A stretch of 64,000 nucleotides of DNA from Tubulanus polymorphus (Eukaryota > Animalia > Nemertea), in NCBI RefSeq assembly GCF_964204645.1, contig NC_134028.1, forward strand, positions 14,577,653-14,641,652, read 5' to 3'. Shown piece after piece: positions 49,764 through 62,190 of the stretch. A program made the translations under genes and the position numbers. Within the stretch, counting starts at the first letter, position 1; each line of letters starts with the position of its first letter. Under the pieces are notes generated by a model. The model had not been told where the DNA came from. It ran no database searches and was given only the letters and a program-made list of their open reading frames with translations.

Positions 49764-51845
49764 GAATTATTTACAATACTATATATACTATTGGAGGGAT
49801 CTATATACATCTAAGCCGGACTTAATGAATTTGGCTAAGTTGACCGTTGGTTTTTTCAGAATATCAAGGGTATTAAAGGTATTCAAATTCAAATAATTTT
49901 TGCGGGGTTCGTTAAGTAAGGTACAGTCAAACAGAAAATGGGATTCGTCACCTTAAGTATTACAAGTGGGGCATATTCTATCGGCTCTGTCTAAATGAAG
50001 GTTTGAAAATTTGTTCACAGGTAAAATATAGGACCTGACCCTAAATTCAAATAAACTAGTTCCTAAGTCATCAAGTTCTATTATATACTTCTCTAACCTA
50101 CTATCATTTTTATATTGCCTAAAGTTAGTGTATATCGGATTAGTATTTATGGCAGATACGGTTTCTTGAAGGTGCTGGTCACGGAGTATCTGTTTTATTC
50201 GTTTTGAAAAAGATTTAGTGTTAGTCATGAATTGCTGCGTCCAAATAAAGGACAAACCACAGTCATCAAAGGTTTTCTTTATATATGATAACCAAGGGCT
50301 CTTAAATTTATCCCTTAGAAATAAATTGAAAGATATTTTATAAAGTATTGAATTAAGTTTGGTTTGCTTTCCAGATACTGTTTTAACCCAAAAGTTAATC
50401 ATCCTTCGTCTAACATCTATATTCAAAGGATAATGTCCTAGCTCTGATAAAACTTGTTAGTTGTGAGAATATTTCGTCACTTTCATTAAGATTTTACAGA
50501 AGAAGCACTGAATATTTTCTAATAAATCAAGATTTTCGTATCCCCAGATCTCACACCCATACATGGCTACCGGAGCAACACACATAATAATTTAAACATA
50601 ACATCTATGGGCAATTTCAAACGTCTGCCTTTTGAACGATCGAAAACATAGCTCTCATAGCTTTATCGTAAAGATACTTTTTTGCCTTAGCAAAGTTACC
50701 ATTCCAATTAAATTTTACTCCGAGATAAACATAATCTTCAACTAATTCCAACTCTTGATCACCAAACATAAATTTCGAAATCGTTTTTATCCGGGATTTA
50801 CTTCGCGCAAATACTAGTACTTTAGTGTAGCTGAAGAGATTTCTCATCCTCAGCAAGAATAACTGTATCATCCGCGTATAGTATTATGAATAAATTCAGT
50901 AAAGTATCAATATCCTGGTCACGATTCAAATTTAGTTTTTCAATAAATGATAAAGTCGGTTTTCCACGATCCATGAAAAATTCTTCAATGTCGTTTAAGA
51001 AAAACGAAAAGAAGATAGGCGAGAGATTTTCGCCTTGTCTTAAGCCTCTATCAGCTGCAAAGTATTGTGACGTGCAACCATTAAATTTAACACATGATTT
51101 TATGGAATTATACATATTTTTGACCACATTGATAAAGTTTCCATTAACACTGTTAGCGATTAATTTTCGCCATAACGTTACCCTACAAATCAAGTCGAAA
51201 GCTTTCTTAAAATCAACAAAGGCGCAAAAAAGTCTTCTTCCCTGACAAAGATACAGCTCTACGAATGTTTTTAGCGTGTAAATATGATCAATGGTGGAAT
51301 ATTTCGATCTAAAGCCAGCCTGGGCTTCACTTATGATGTCATTCATATCTAGGAATGTTGACAATCTTTGATTTAGCATACTTGTAAATAACTTACCAAG
51401 ACAGCTAACTAAGGTAATACCTCTATAATTATCGGGATTAGAGGGATCGCCATTCTTTTTGAAAATGGGTTTGATGACGCCGATAGACCACATCTCTGGA
51501 ACATGTCCTGTTTTATGAACTAAATTGAATAGTTTTTGTAATATATCAACTAAAAACGGGTACTGACTAACTCCCAACAGCTCATTCGTGATTCCATCAA
51601 TGCCTGGGGCCTTATTGTTTTTGAGTAAAGAGATAGCCTTAATTACTTCATCACTGGTTATATCACTGTTCAAAATAGAATTGTCATAGACAGTAGGGTC
51701 ACCCATGTCTTGGGGCTCATCATCGTCTTCGGTTTCATTGTTAACATTATTCAAATCATTTAATCTCATAAAATGTTCAAGAAAAATATCAATATCTATA
51801 TTTGCCTCATTATTTTTTGTTCCGCTCGCAGAGTTTAGCATCGAT
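49553..51845 (-). mobile_element. 5'-truncated non-LTR retrotransposon (RTE/RTE-X-like)
   Basis: RT motifs KAPGIDGI, NYRGITLVSCLGKLF, QAGFR, AFVDFKKAFD, GLRQGENLSP, YADD, YLG, and C-terminal RICPTC..DESHFLFDC. The 3' end has AATAAA followed by (TAATCG)n/(TATTCG)n. Confidence 0.9.
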
Positions 51846-52030
51846 AGACCGAAGTCTTCACTTTCATTACAAACAACAAATGGTGCATTTAGGATACAGA
51901 TTATATATCGCATAAAAGAAAAAATTCATTCTACAAAAACGACATGCAGTCAATAACAATATATACATATAAAAGCTTCAGTTACACACATGTTTTATAA
52001 CTATTCGATCAGATTGCTCTCAATACTTTT

Positions 52031-52225
52031 AATACGAATACGAATATTCATTACACTCCAACCATTCTATGGTATACGGAGGAGGAAAAACAGCATTCAT
52101 TTAGGAGGTAAATGAAAACGTATCTTAAAACATAACAAACGTTATTTACAGAACATACTATTTACATATTTCCCGATGGATTCATATACATCTAGACTTG
52201 ATTTGACAAGTTTAGCAGTAATACT
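52031..52225 (-). mobile_element. Short 3' fragment of a related LINE
   Basis: The same AATACGAATACG tail and TACACTCCAACCATT...ATGGTATA.GGAGGA segment as at 49553-49650. Confidence 0.7.
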
Positions 52226-55200
52226 TCCCATTGAGCAGCGTTATCTGGCGGCTTAGGTTTGGGAAGGTTACAGTTATTGATATGTGAGGTGGGTGTAGGC
52301 CTGGTATCTGACCCAAATCAAATGCGTTCCAATCAATTCCAAACTAAAATCGGTCGGACCGTGTATTTCTCATAGATAATAGACAAAGCTTATTATGGTA
52401 ATGATACCGTGGTTAGTCTTGGTTCTCGTAGCCCCAAACATTCAAAAATGTGAACATCGAATTTGTCAATCCTCAAGAAATGAATCAGTGCTCTGCCACA
52501 TCATTCCATGATTTCATGTTCGATTGGAAACGATTTTGCTGTTTTCACACCTCTCAGCACAGCGATGCGTTTACACCAAGTGATGTAGTAATACGCCGCA
52601 ATTAATTGACTTCATAGATGAATGTATATATCTTTTTTCATCTCTCTTATAATCTTTATTCTCTTTTTGATGGGTTTCGTCGTCAGATGGCATCGTCGTC
52701 ATGTCTGTCTGTCTGTCCGTCTGTGGATGTTTCTTTATGACACGATTTAAGCTGTTTGTGTGGACCGACAATTCTGTAATTTCACACAGGTATTCTCTAC
52801 TTGATGTAGATGGTGCAGCTTGGTTTATATTTGATTCCGATGGTTATAAGTGCTCTAATTTGGTTAAAAGATAATTAACGTTACTCGCTAGTTCAAGCCG
52901 CTGTATAGCGCGTTGCTACGACGACGCTCGATCAACATACTGGTACTCGCTGTGTAATACTGAACACGTATATACCTGTAGATATTGATCGTACTAGCAC
53001 CGGTTTTAGATAGCGCGCGCGCTGATCGGTCTTAACACTTCTCGGAACTGCTGTGCTAAATGCTGAGAGGCCGAATCTATGCGCAATCATTTATTGGGCT
53101 CGTCACATTTGATAGTGAATGGATAAATAACCGGTGTCAATGACGGTCGCTACTCCCCATCAGTATAACTCATCAGTATAAGAAATAATTCTTTCGAGTT
53201 TTTTTTTTTCAATCCCCGAAGTTGTTGTTACTATGTTGACCTCGCCGTTTTATAAGCTTACCGATGATTCTTCTAGTATTTTCAGGGTCACAAGACATGA
53301 CGAAGTCGCAAAGTTTTGTACAAATTTCACGAAACAAACAATTAATTAGGCGGCACCTGATCTATTGATTAATTATGATAAATAATGGTTATTTCATTAA
53401 AAAGTTGTTTTATTCAAACACTACTTTCATCGCACATAGCGTGATCGGTAGGCCATACTATTCTACGGTAGGCCATGGACTCTTTCATGTGGTAGGCCTA
53501 TTACAAATGATACAATCCGCGTGTCCGTGAATAAGTGACACGTGGTGGGGCGGGTTGTGAGGAGCATCGAAACTAATCCGTCACAAATAATAGATAGAAA
53601 ACAATACCTTAAGAGGTTAACTTTTATTAACATCATTACCAAATCAAAACCTGCACATCCTATCATAAATAGAAATTCTAAGAATTTATTTCAAAGAATA
53701 ATAAAGTACGTCTAAATATTGGGATTCGAACTCGTAGCATCGATTCAGGTGCCTTTCCCAAAGCGGGTATCCCGCGGGGAAAACCCATTACTATTTATAT
53801 CGAGAATCGCCTTTTTGACAGCGAGTTCGGTGAATGAAACAGAAACAATTACACAGAAACCCATCATGGAAAGTTTCTTTCTGGTTGTATTTTGACTTAA
53901 TTTGCGTCACAATTTACCCCTTCGTTACCGTATATCCACTATGTTATGTTTAAAATTCTCATGTCTTTAAACATTGAAAACAATGAATTGTCAACGACTT
54001 GCTGATAAACTATTATTTACAATATTTCTTAATTGATTGTGATCAATTATCTTCACGATCCAGTTAGATAGAATGCTAAAAACTTGATAACATTGTTGCG
54101 ATGTTTACATTAAGGATGACATTTACGTTAATTTCGCTTAATTCACAAATCATTCAATGAATGCAAGAAGATGTACATATGTATGTATCTATGCGGTTCA
54201 CACCTGTAGTATATTTATATAAGTAACCGATTTCCATAGCTAGATATCAATATACGCAACTTCGTTACGTGTAGTGACCGCTCGCGGTCAGTAGACATGC
54301 TTACGCAATCGTGTTTAGACGTTATGATTGGCTTGCCCCATCACCTGGCGATTTGTTGTGTCGATTGACCGCGGTCGAGGTCAACGTTGTTGATGTTTAA
54401 AGTTCAATGTTTCAATGTTTAATGTTTGGATAACCGGTTTATCAGATAGAGGAGATCGCCACCTAGCGAATAAGAAACAAGAAATGGACCAGACATTTCA
54501 ATAGGTAACAAGACTCTTGAGGGGTAATGAGAGGTCACCTGTATTTGATACTAGAGGACGCACCTTACTGCAACCATAGTGTTGGATCAAGTGTTTAAGT
54601 GAAGTCTAAGTGGATGGATTAGAAATACAGATTATCAGTTAATTGTAAATCACATCAGCCGTCATCACAACGAGGCCAATTGGGCGTGGAACACATGTAA
54701 ACCACGCTCACCGGATACAAAAAGCAAAAAGTGTCACTTCCGGAACCTATAGATTTGGCTTGAACCTGGTCCAGCGTTTTTATTCAGGGCTCATTTGGCA
54801 CCCATGAAAATAGTTGTTACGGGGCAATTTGGCCGGGTAGCAATCGGTCTCACTCTGATTAATGTAAGGACGGTGATAGGAATTAGCCGATGTTGACTGC
54901 GTGAAAAACTGTGAACCCTTTTATTGGAGTAATCCATTACTGCAATAAAGGGTAACTGACACTTTTTTAAAGATTTTCTACTTTTTACACTAGACGATAT
55001 ATTATAGTATACAATAAGGCTAGGTGATTTCATAATTGGAAAAATCTTTTCAATCTAATTGATGATTTTGATGTTCGCGCACCTGTTCAGTGTATACATT
55101 GCTTTTGCTGAACGCGTGGTACTGTGTCTATTAATAGAACTACGTCACTAAAGTGACGGCTCGGAAATGATGTTTATAGAAATGAATAGGAAATAAGCTA

Positions 55201-56267
55201 CAAGAGCAATTCAACTTAATTTTATACCTATTTGGCATTCGAATTGAGACAAAATGCCTCTTGATTTTGAAATCTTTTTTAGCAGAATTTTTAGCATTGG
55301 TTAACGTCATGCCAATGCTAGTAAAATGGATCGAAAATAGTAGTACGAAAAAATAGGGCCGACTCTTCTCATTTTCATAGTAACTTCAAATTGTCACTCC
55401 GTTCACGTAAAACATTAGAAACAGCTGAAAATGACCGTAAAAAAAATGTTTCAATTATTCCCCACAACATATCGTCGCCAGATTTCTGATTTAATGGTCC
55501 AAAAAGTTATTCGATCGCATTTTTCTCGTTCATTATCTGGTAGATGAGAGCGGGTTAAATAATCGCTTAGCGATATGTCCGCATTGACATTGGCAGTAAA
55601 GAATCGGGAACAGCCTCTTCTGAATAGAAAAACATAAAATTATGTACCTCCGGTTTATAAATATCACGGTGTTTGGATATCACTGTTATTCCAACTATCA
55701 ATATCCATGGGATTATTTGGGATTAATTCTCAGCGTCTGAATACGTATTTCTAGAGCAGTGGAACGGCAGCCTTCTCGTGACTGAAACCCGAATGTGATC
55801 GTGCGGGAACACCTTTACTAAAGTTAAAACCATTTAATGATGACACGAAACATCAAACGGTAAACGGTAGGCTACCACCATGATACGATATCACCAATAA
55901 AGATAGATCATTTTATTCAATTTTACCAGAGTTGTTTATTGGAGGAAAATATCATTGTTAAGTACGCCGAGAACAACCATGTTGTATCATCAATCAGTTG
56001 ACTGACATTGTGAAATTCGATTCGGCTATATTCTAATATAAGTTTTCACTTTAGGACGCCCTACCCGCCTGCTGCGCACTCATAAGGCGGTAGCACCCTC
56101 TTACGCACTCGGCAGAGTTTCGCTTTGTAATGCGCGCCGGGAAAAAATACCTTTTATTATCTTTTCCATGCGTTAAACAACAGTGATTGAATTTACGCGT
56201 TGTTTGTCGTAAATTGCAATATTGCGATGGTTATTTGCCGCTGCTGTAGTTTTTTGGAATTGAATCG

Positions 56268-56490
56268 AGCGGCCTCGGTAGCTCAGTGAGATAAGGCGTG
56301 ATGCTGTTGAATCCACTATCAATGCTGAGTGACAAGTGGGTTCGAGTCCTGCTGGCTGCGAACAGTGTGCGGGCAACACTTCAAAGGCCGTACCGTCGTG
56401 AGGTTAAATGAGCAATCCAATAGGAATAGTCTTGTAAACCAAGATCCAAACGACGTACATAAAGCCAAACAAACAAAAAGACAAACAAAC
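56268..56490 (+). mobile_element. tRNA-derived SINE
   Basis: A box TAGCTCAGTGAG, B box GGTTCGAGTCC, unique body, and a tail of GACGT..TAAAGCC followed by (AAAC)n. Confidence 0.75.
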
Positions 56491-57099
56491 TATCATCAGC
56501 CGGCCTCAGTGACACCAACGCCGGCATCGCTCTCTGCGACGTTTTGCATGCGTACATGCATCAGAGCTTGGAGCTCTAAGATCAGAGGGTCTTGCAATTG
56601 CATTCAGAAAAATCGTTCTGTTTTTGTTTTCATTATTCAGTGGGGCCTAACAGTTCATGCGTAAAAATGGGTTTTTGTATCCAAATCTTGATTGATATAA
56701 ATATCTTGGCTGGGACATGATGGAAAACTTCAGAATAAACTAGTTTCGTATTTTTAACAGAATCGCATTAATGAGGTTTAACAGTACAAATAGACTAGGC
56801 TAAATCGTTCGGCAGAAAATAAATTCATTTTCAGGAATAAAATCGTACTAGACAAATAGACCTTTAAGTGTGTGGTCCTCCCAATCAACATCGTGATAGA
56901 AGATTTGCCGGCAGATGTAAAACATTATAACCACTTAATACCACAGTATAATCTACCAATGCTTCAAGGCCCATGGGCCTCTTGTTAAATTCTCTATCTA
57001 ATTGTACTAGTAAATTATGTGATTTATAATTTGTCTGTCTTCTTGAATCAACAAATATTCTGTATTCTTTTAATTCTATCATTTATTTTTCAAATTTTC

Positions 57100-57453
57100 T
57101 TATTCAAAATCTATTTCATGGTGCCCTTTTTCATTCTTACCTTTGTATATAAAATAGAAATCACCTGAACATAATTCTTCTAGATCTTCACTTGATAATC
57201 TATGGAATCTATCTGGTAAATATGTTCTGAATTTATATTTATTTCCTTTTAATCCTTCATATTTTAAGTGAATAACTAATTTATCTCCATATTTGTTTGT
57301 AATTGTCTCAATATTTGTAATTGAATATTTCTTATGAATTGTTAGTTCATTTAACTTCTTAAATTTATAATCTACAGATTTAGCATTTGTGATATCTTTT
57401 ATTCTATCTAGAAATGATTTGTTGTTCTCACTGTGTACTTGTATACTCTCCAT
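57100..57453 (-). CDS. Small intact Polinton/virus-like ORF, function unknown
   Basis: 117-aa intronless, very AT-rich ORF (FKKLNEL..KKYSI..TNKYG..YLPDRF), followed 18 bp later by another ORF start (57082), as in a compact viral genome. Confidence 0.5.
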   Translation of the reverse strand: MESIQVHSENNKSFLDRIKDITNAKSVDYKFKKLNELTIHKKYSITNIETITNKYGDKLVIHLKYEGLKGNKYKFRTYLPDRFHRLSSEDLEELCSGDFYFIYKGKNEKGHHEIDFE

Positions 57454-57525
57454 TTTAATAACATATTTTTTATTAAAATTGATTTTAGAAGTTATTCATA
57501 TTCATATATATGAATATTTTAAGAT

Positions 57526-57632
57526 TAATAGGGAATAAGTTGTTCCAGGCTAAAGGTTGAAGGGTCCGAGAGTGTGCGAGAATTTATTTTTTGACCCTTC
57601 GACCTTTGGCCTGAAACAACTTATTCCCTATT
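57526..57632. repeat. ~107-bp hairpin / miniature TIR element
   Basis: TAATAGGGAATAAGTTGTT.CAGGC.AAAGGT.GAAGGGTC is inverted at 57592-57632. Confidence 0.8.
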
Positions 57633-58714
57633 ACTTAGTTAGAACTGTAAGAGGTTTCAATATAAACAGGTTATATAGGAGATTTCTCCTGTCAACGTGG
57701 ATGAAATCACTCTTGTTGCAAAGCGCCAGGAATGTGTTCACATTAAGGCATTCAGCAGTGTGTGGTCAGTCAAAGTCCAGTTCATATGGTGTCTGATTCG
57801 GGCCATACTAAAAAGATTTTCTGTATGGCTAAAGCAACGAAAACGTTTTGTCATCGGCCCGTTTTTTTTTTTGTTTTCTCGCGCGAGAATTCAAAAAGTT
57901 TGGCCAAAGAAGAACCTGTACCTCAGTCAAATTGCATACCTGGACGTATCGGCCCCACTCCGCTCGGTGGCGCCACCGCGCGGGATTTACGCGAAGCAGC
58001 AGAACACAAACACGGCCACTCTCTCAATTTTCAATGATAGAAATCGTGTGTGCATTTCAATTATTTCGGCTGTTAGGGTTTTAAGGCACAATATAAGTTG
58101 ATGATGTGATATGGCGATGTTAATTAATGATAATTCCGCAGTGAAGCTAGTCACGAACGGTGCCGATTGAGTGTACAGCTGCCAAAAACACTAATATGTG
58201 CGTAGTTGCGTAACTATTTGCAGTGAATTGCAGACGAAACATGAAGCCTTAACGGCCATTTAAAAACAATTTATACCAATCGCAATTGTAAAATAAAAAT
58301 GAGATAGAACCTAAGTTAAAATTCTGGCCATTTCTAAAATGTTATTAATTATCATTACTAATTTTTAGTCAGTGCGGAACGTTTACTTTTCCAACAATAA
58401 TGAGGGGTGGTAGGTAGTCATGCAATTCAAGTCATCATTTATTACACGTTACTATCGTGTTGTTGAAAATCTCGCGAGTCCTGGACTAAACCCCAATGAA
58501 CAATGTGATCTGTGTGCTGGCCACAAATGCACACAGATCACACTACACTACCCATTACACACTCCAGTACCCACAGCTTTCATATATCCATCCAAATATT
58601 TAGAGTGTCTTTCTTCCTGGATTTAGTAATCAGTGAAAGATCAATTGCCCACTTAGTCGTGATGTATATAATCCCACTGCATCGCTAATGACATATATTT
58701 TTTAAATTTTTCAG

Positions 58715-59580
58715 AATTAAAACAATATCATGGTAAAGTGTCCTTTTTGCCAGCAAAACCATACACAACCTGTAAACAACATACATTCTCAGGGAAAGAT
58801 GATACCCATAATTTCGCAGCCGCTGCCTGCCAAACTGATAAAACATGGGACGAAATATATGGTGAACTTAGCAATTATGGCAAGGATGAAGTCAATCCAA
58901 AGGATCAAAGTTTGCCTCACACAGACGAACAATCAGAAGTGACAAAATCTAGCTCAGTTATTGATGCCGAAATGAAAGAGCAACTTGAAGATATAAATAA
59001 ACAATCAGCACAAGTTGCAGCTGGCGATCAGTTTTCCAGTGATCGACTTCTTGATGTTCCTTTTACTGGTAATACAGATCATCCAACTGATGAACTTTCC
59101 ACTCAAAATCATAATAGAGGTTACAATCCTACCAGTTATAGCCCCATTAGTGAACAGGACTCTAATTGTGGTAAGGAAAATTGTAACTTGTTAGTTGGTT
59201 TAGGTGAAAAATTACCTGATAATTGGGTAACAATAGAAGATGATTTTATATTAGTGGTAGCATCGTATCAAAGCCATTTAGCCCCTGATTTATGTCCATG
59301 TCCTAAAGCCAGATTTGATGATGGTATGATATATTTGTCATTAATGAGGTCAGGCATTTCTCGTACTGCTTTACTCAATATATTAGGTTCTATGGATGTA
59401 TCTCATCAACAATCTTCTTATATTGAAGACATACCATGCTATGCCTTTAGAATTGAACCAGCTACTGATGAAGGTAGAATGACAGTTGATGGAGAACTTG
59501 TGAATACTGAGGCAATACAAGGACAAATACTTCCTAAAATGATGAATCTAATTGCATGTGATGAATGCGAAGATATATAA
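58715..59580 (+). CDS. SPHK: Sphingosine kinase, terminal exon
   Basis: TTTTTCAG acceptor gives an in-frame join (A|AA) with exon 19556-19776, reading KLKQYHGKVSFLPA. Then LPDNWVTIEDDF, YQSHL, DGMIYL, AFRIEP, TVDGE (C5), TAA stop, and AATAAA at 59596-59601. Confidence 0.93.
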
Positions 59581-59980
59581 ATTATAACTACACTTAATAA
59601 AATAACGAGGATCCCACAACAGAAATCATGAAATATATATGCAATCCCGAACAAAGTGACTAATCTAAGTAATCAAAGGTGATACAAACTAAAGGTAAAT
59701 TAAATGGAAACAGTTACACGCTAAAACAGATCAAAGAGGTGCAAGCTAAGCATAATTATGTAATACATTAGTGAATCCCCATAATTTCTGTTGTAACTCA
59801 GTATTCCTGAAGATGACTATTAGAATATAGTCGAAACGTAAAAAAAAACTACGGGCTCTAGAAAATATTTTAGGACTTTGTCTTTCATTATCACTGTGGG
59901 ATTATCGTTATTTTATCGCCATAACACGGATATGGTGTTTTAGCAATGGTGATTAATTAAAACTATTTCAGTTAGCCATT

Positions 59981-60537
59981 TAAGGCCACACAGAAAATAC
60001 CCTAGTTTCTCATCAGATATTTTTCTGGAAAGTGGTGAGGGCAAGCCACTTTTTATCTTTATTGCTGTTTTAAATGAAATAGTTGAATTAAAAAGCTCAA
60101 ACCGAGACTTTTAGAACAGACACGGGAGAGAAGTTATTTTTACCAATGCCAAACAAATACCAGTTATGCAAGTAAATGATATGCAAAAAAATCTATTCAG
60201 AATTTGAGTAGCTTCCCAAAACCTATAGAATCAAATTACGAAACTGAGACAATCTTTTCGCTATTTTCACGCTTCCTCGAAGAACCTGGCGCTGTATTTG
60301 TCACCGTAAATGTGGATTACCAGTCAGTAGAGGATGAATACATGAACGCCCCAAGAAATAAACCAGTCGTACGCTATTACAGCCATGCATGCGAGCAATT
60401 TTATTAAAAAATGCGATTGATGTTTCGCCGATGTTGCCTAGTGCATTTTTTTTTTTGAATGTTAGTTTGGACTTTTTCATGACGCGGGCGGCATATTAAT
60501 TTCTGGAGAAACTAGGGTATTTCTTTGTCTGGCGTAA
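59981..60537. mobile_element. MITE downstream of SPHK
   Basis: AAGGCCACACAGAAAATACCCTAGTTTCTC ... GAGAAACTAGGGTATTTCTTTGTCTGGCGT inverted ends. Confidence 0.7.
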
Positions 60538-61869
60538 GGGGCAAGTATTTTTCAGCCTGTCACCGATTTTGGACGATGCAACTGGAAAACTTTATAACTT
60601 AGTGGATATGAGGGAAACCCTATAATAGTATGTATTTTATTGAGACTCTTTTCACAAGCTTTTGAATAATCACAAGCTTGTTAACTCTGGTGGTTACCTT
60701 TAGTCTATGACCCCCTGGTCAGAGACCATTATCATTACTATCATCGGATACATCCCAAAACGAATTATCACCAGAATCTTTCATTTCATGTCCAAAATAT
60801 CAGCCAGACTCGCTAGAGAGCGTCTCAAGTGTATTGCTCCAGTTCTACTGACGATCTTCTCAACTTCAAAAATCTAATCTGCATGATGTGTTGTCTATAT
60901 CCTTAATTATATGCCAATTGTATGGAGAATGCTTTGCTAGACATAGTTTGGTTTGCCATCTGCTCATAATAAAATGAGTTAGAATGCTTCACAGAAATCA
61001 ATACCTGACTATTCTATCTATTCACTATACCTGGTCTATTCAAATCGGTTGCTAGCAACCATCTGCTGGTTAAACGCTTAATCTTTTCATGGCAAAATCA
61101 TATAAGTGCTTATAAGTGTAGAAAATGTTAAAACATAAGTTATGTGGAAGTAATGTTTTCTCCTTAAATTTCTGTGTGTGGTCTGTAACTGTATAATCTT
61201 TTTTTTTCACTGATTCAATAGGATATTTCTACAAAAATACCGAGTGTTATCGGTCAAATGCCTTCTATATAAAATATTATGTAAAACCTATTTTTTGAAT
61301 GTTATATATTTATAAATGATGGGTATGTTACTATTTTTGATTATTGTACAGCTGTTACGGAGAAGTATGACTTATAAGTCGGCTTTTTTAACCAGGTGCC
61401 ACTGCACAGCGGGATCATTCCATATGATCCCAACCAATGCATATCCATGCGTAGTTACAGATTTTGTTCATATTTATTTTATTGGTATCACAAACAGTTT
61501 TCACCTAGCTCTCCCAAAAGGTTGACCCCTATTAATATTGACTGACAGTAGTTCATTGCAAAAAAGTATTGTGGTGACATCAGATATAGCGTTTTGATGT
61601 TCATATCAAATGCGCTCTTGCGCTTTGCCATTGTTTGTGCATGCTACATGTAACCAAATGGCGCATGACTGGGGAAGTTTATCTTGAGCTGAGCTCCGGC
61701 TAGTTATATTTATGAAAGAGGATTTTAGGACAGTTGAAATATCCGCAGCCGGTTGGCTGAAGGAGATGTCATAAGGTTTCAGTGCGTTTGTCAAAAATGT
61801 ATAGTCTCTTATTTAATCTCCGTCGAAGTGGCCGAAACAGTAAACTTCGGGAAGATATATTAACTCGAT

Positions 61870-62190
61870 TGGTTCATGGTATTGAATAAAGAGCTTAGCG
61901 ACAAAATCCTACAAAAGAAGTTACGCAAAAACTATGGCATCACCGTAACAATCTCAACAATCAAATGTCATACGAGAAAATCGGGGTGGAGATATACAGG
62001 TACAAGGATTTGCCAACTTGTGAGAGACGTCAATTATAGTATTCTACAGGTCGTTTGTTAAGAATCCCTGACATCAGATGATACATTCGAAACGTCATGT
62101 TCTCATATGAAACATCAATCGCACTCAGCAAACCTCAGAAAATGATTCAGATGAATAGGAGAGCCTAAACCAAAGCATCCTTTGAAGGTA
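61870..62190 (+). pseudogene. Tc1/IS630-like transposase relic
   Basis: LQKKL...ISTIK..RKSGW...CQLVRDVN, then DTF.NV.FS.E and KPKHPLKV across frameshifts. Confidence 0.6.

Larger units (their letters stand above)
48697..54471. mobile_element. Old long-TIR element enclosing the LINE
   Basis: 48697-48892 is similar to the reverse complement of 54265-54471 (CCAGGTGATGG; ACGTCTAAACACGATTGCGTA; GACCGCGAG.GCGGTCA). Confidence 0.5.

Noticed and set aside
56268-56360. Functional tRNA gene
   Set aside because: No convincing acceptor or anticodon stems and no poly-T terminator. It continues into a SINE-like body and tail.
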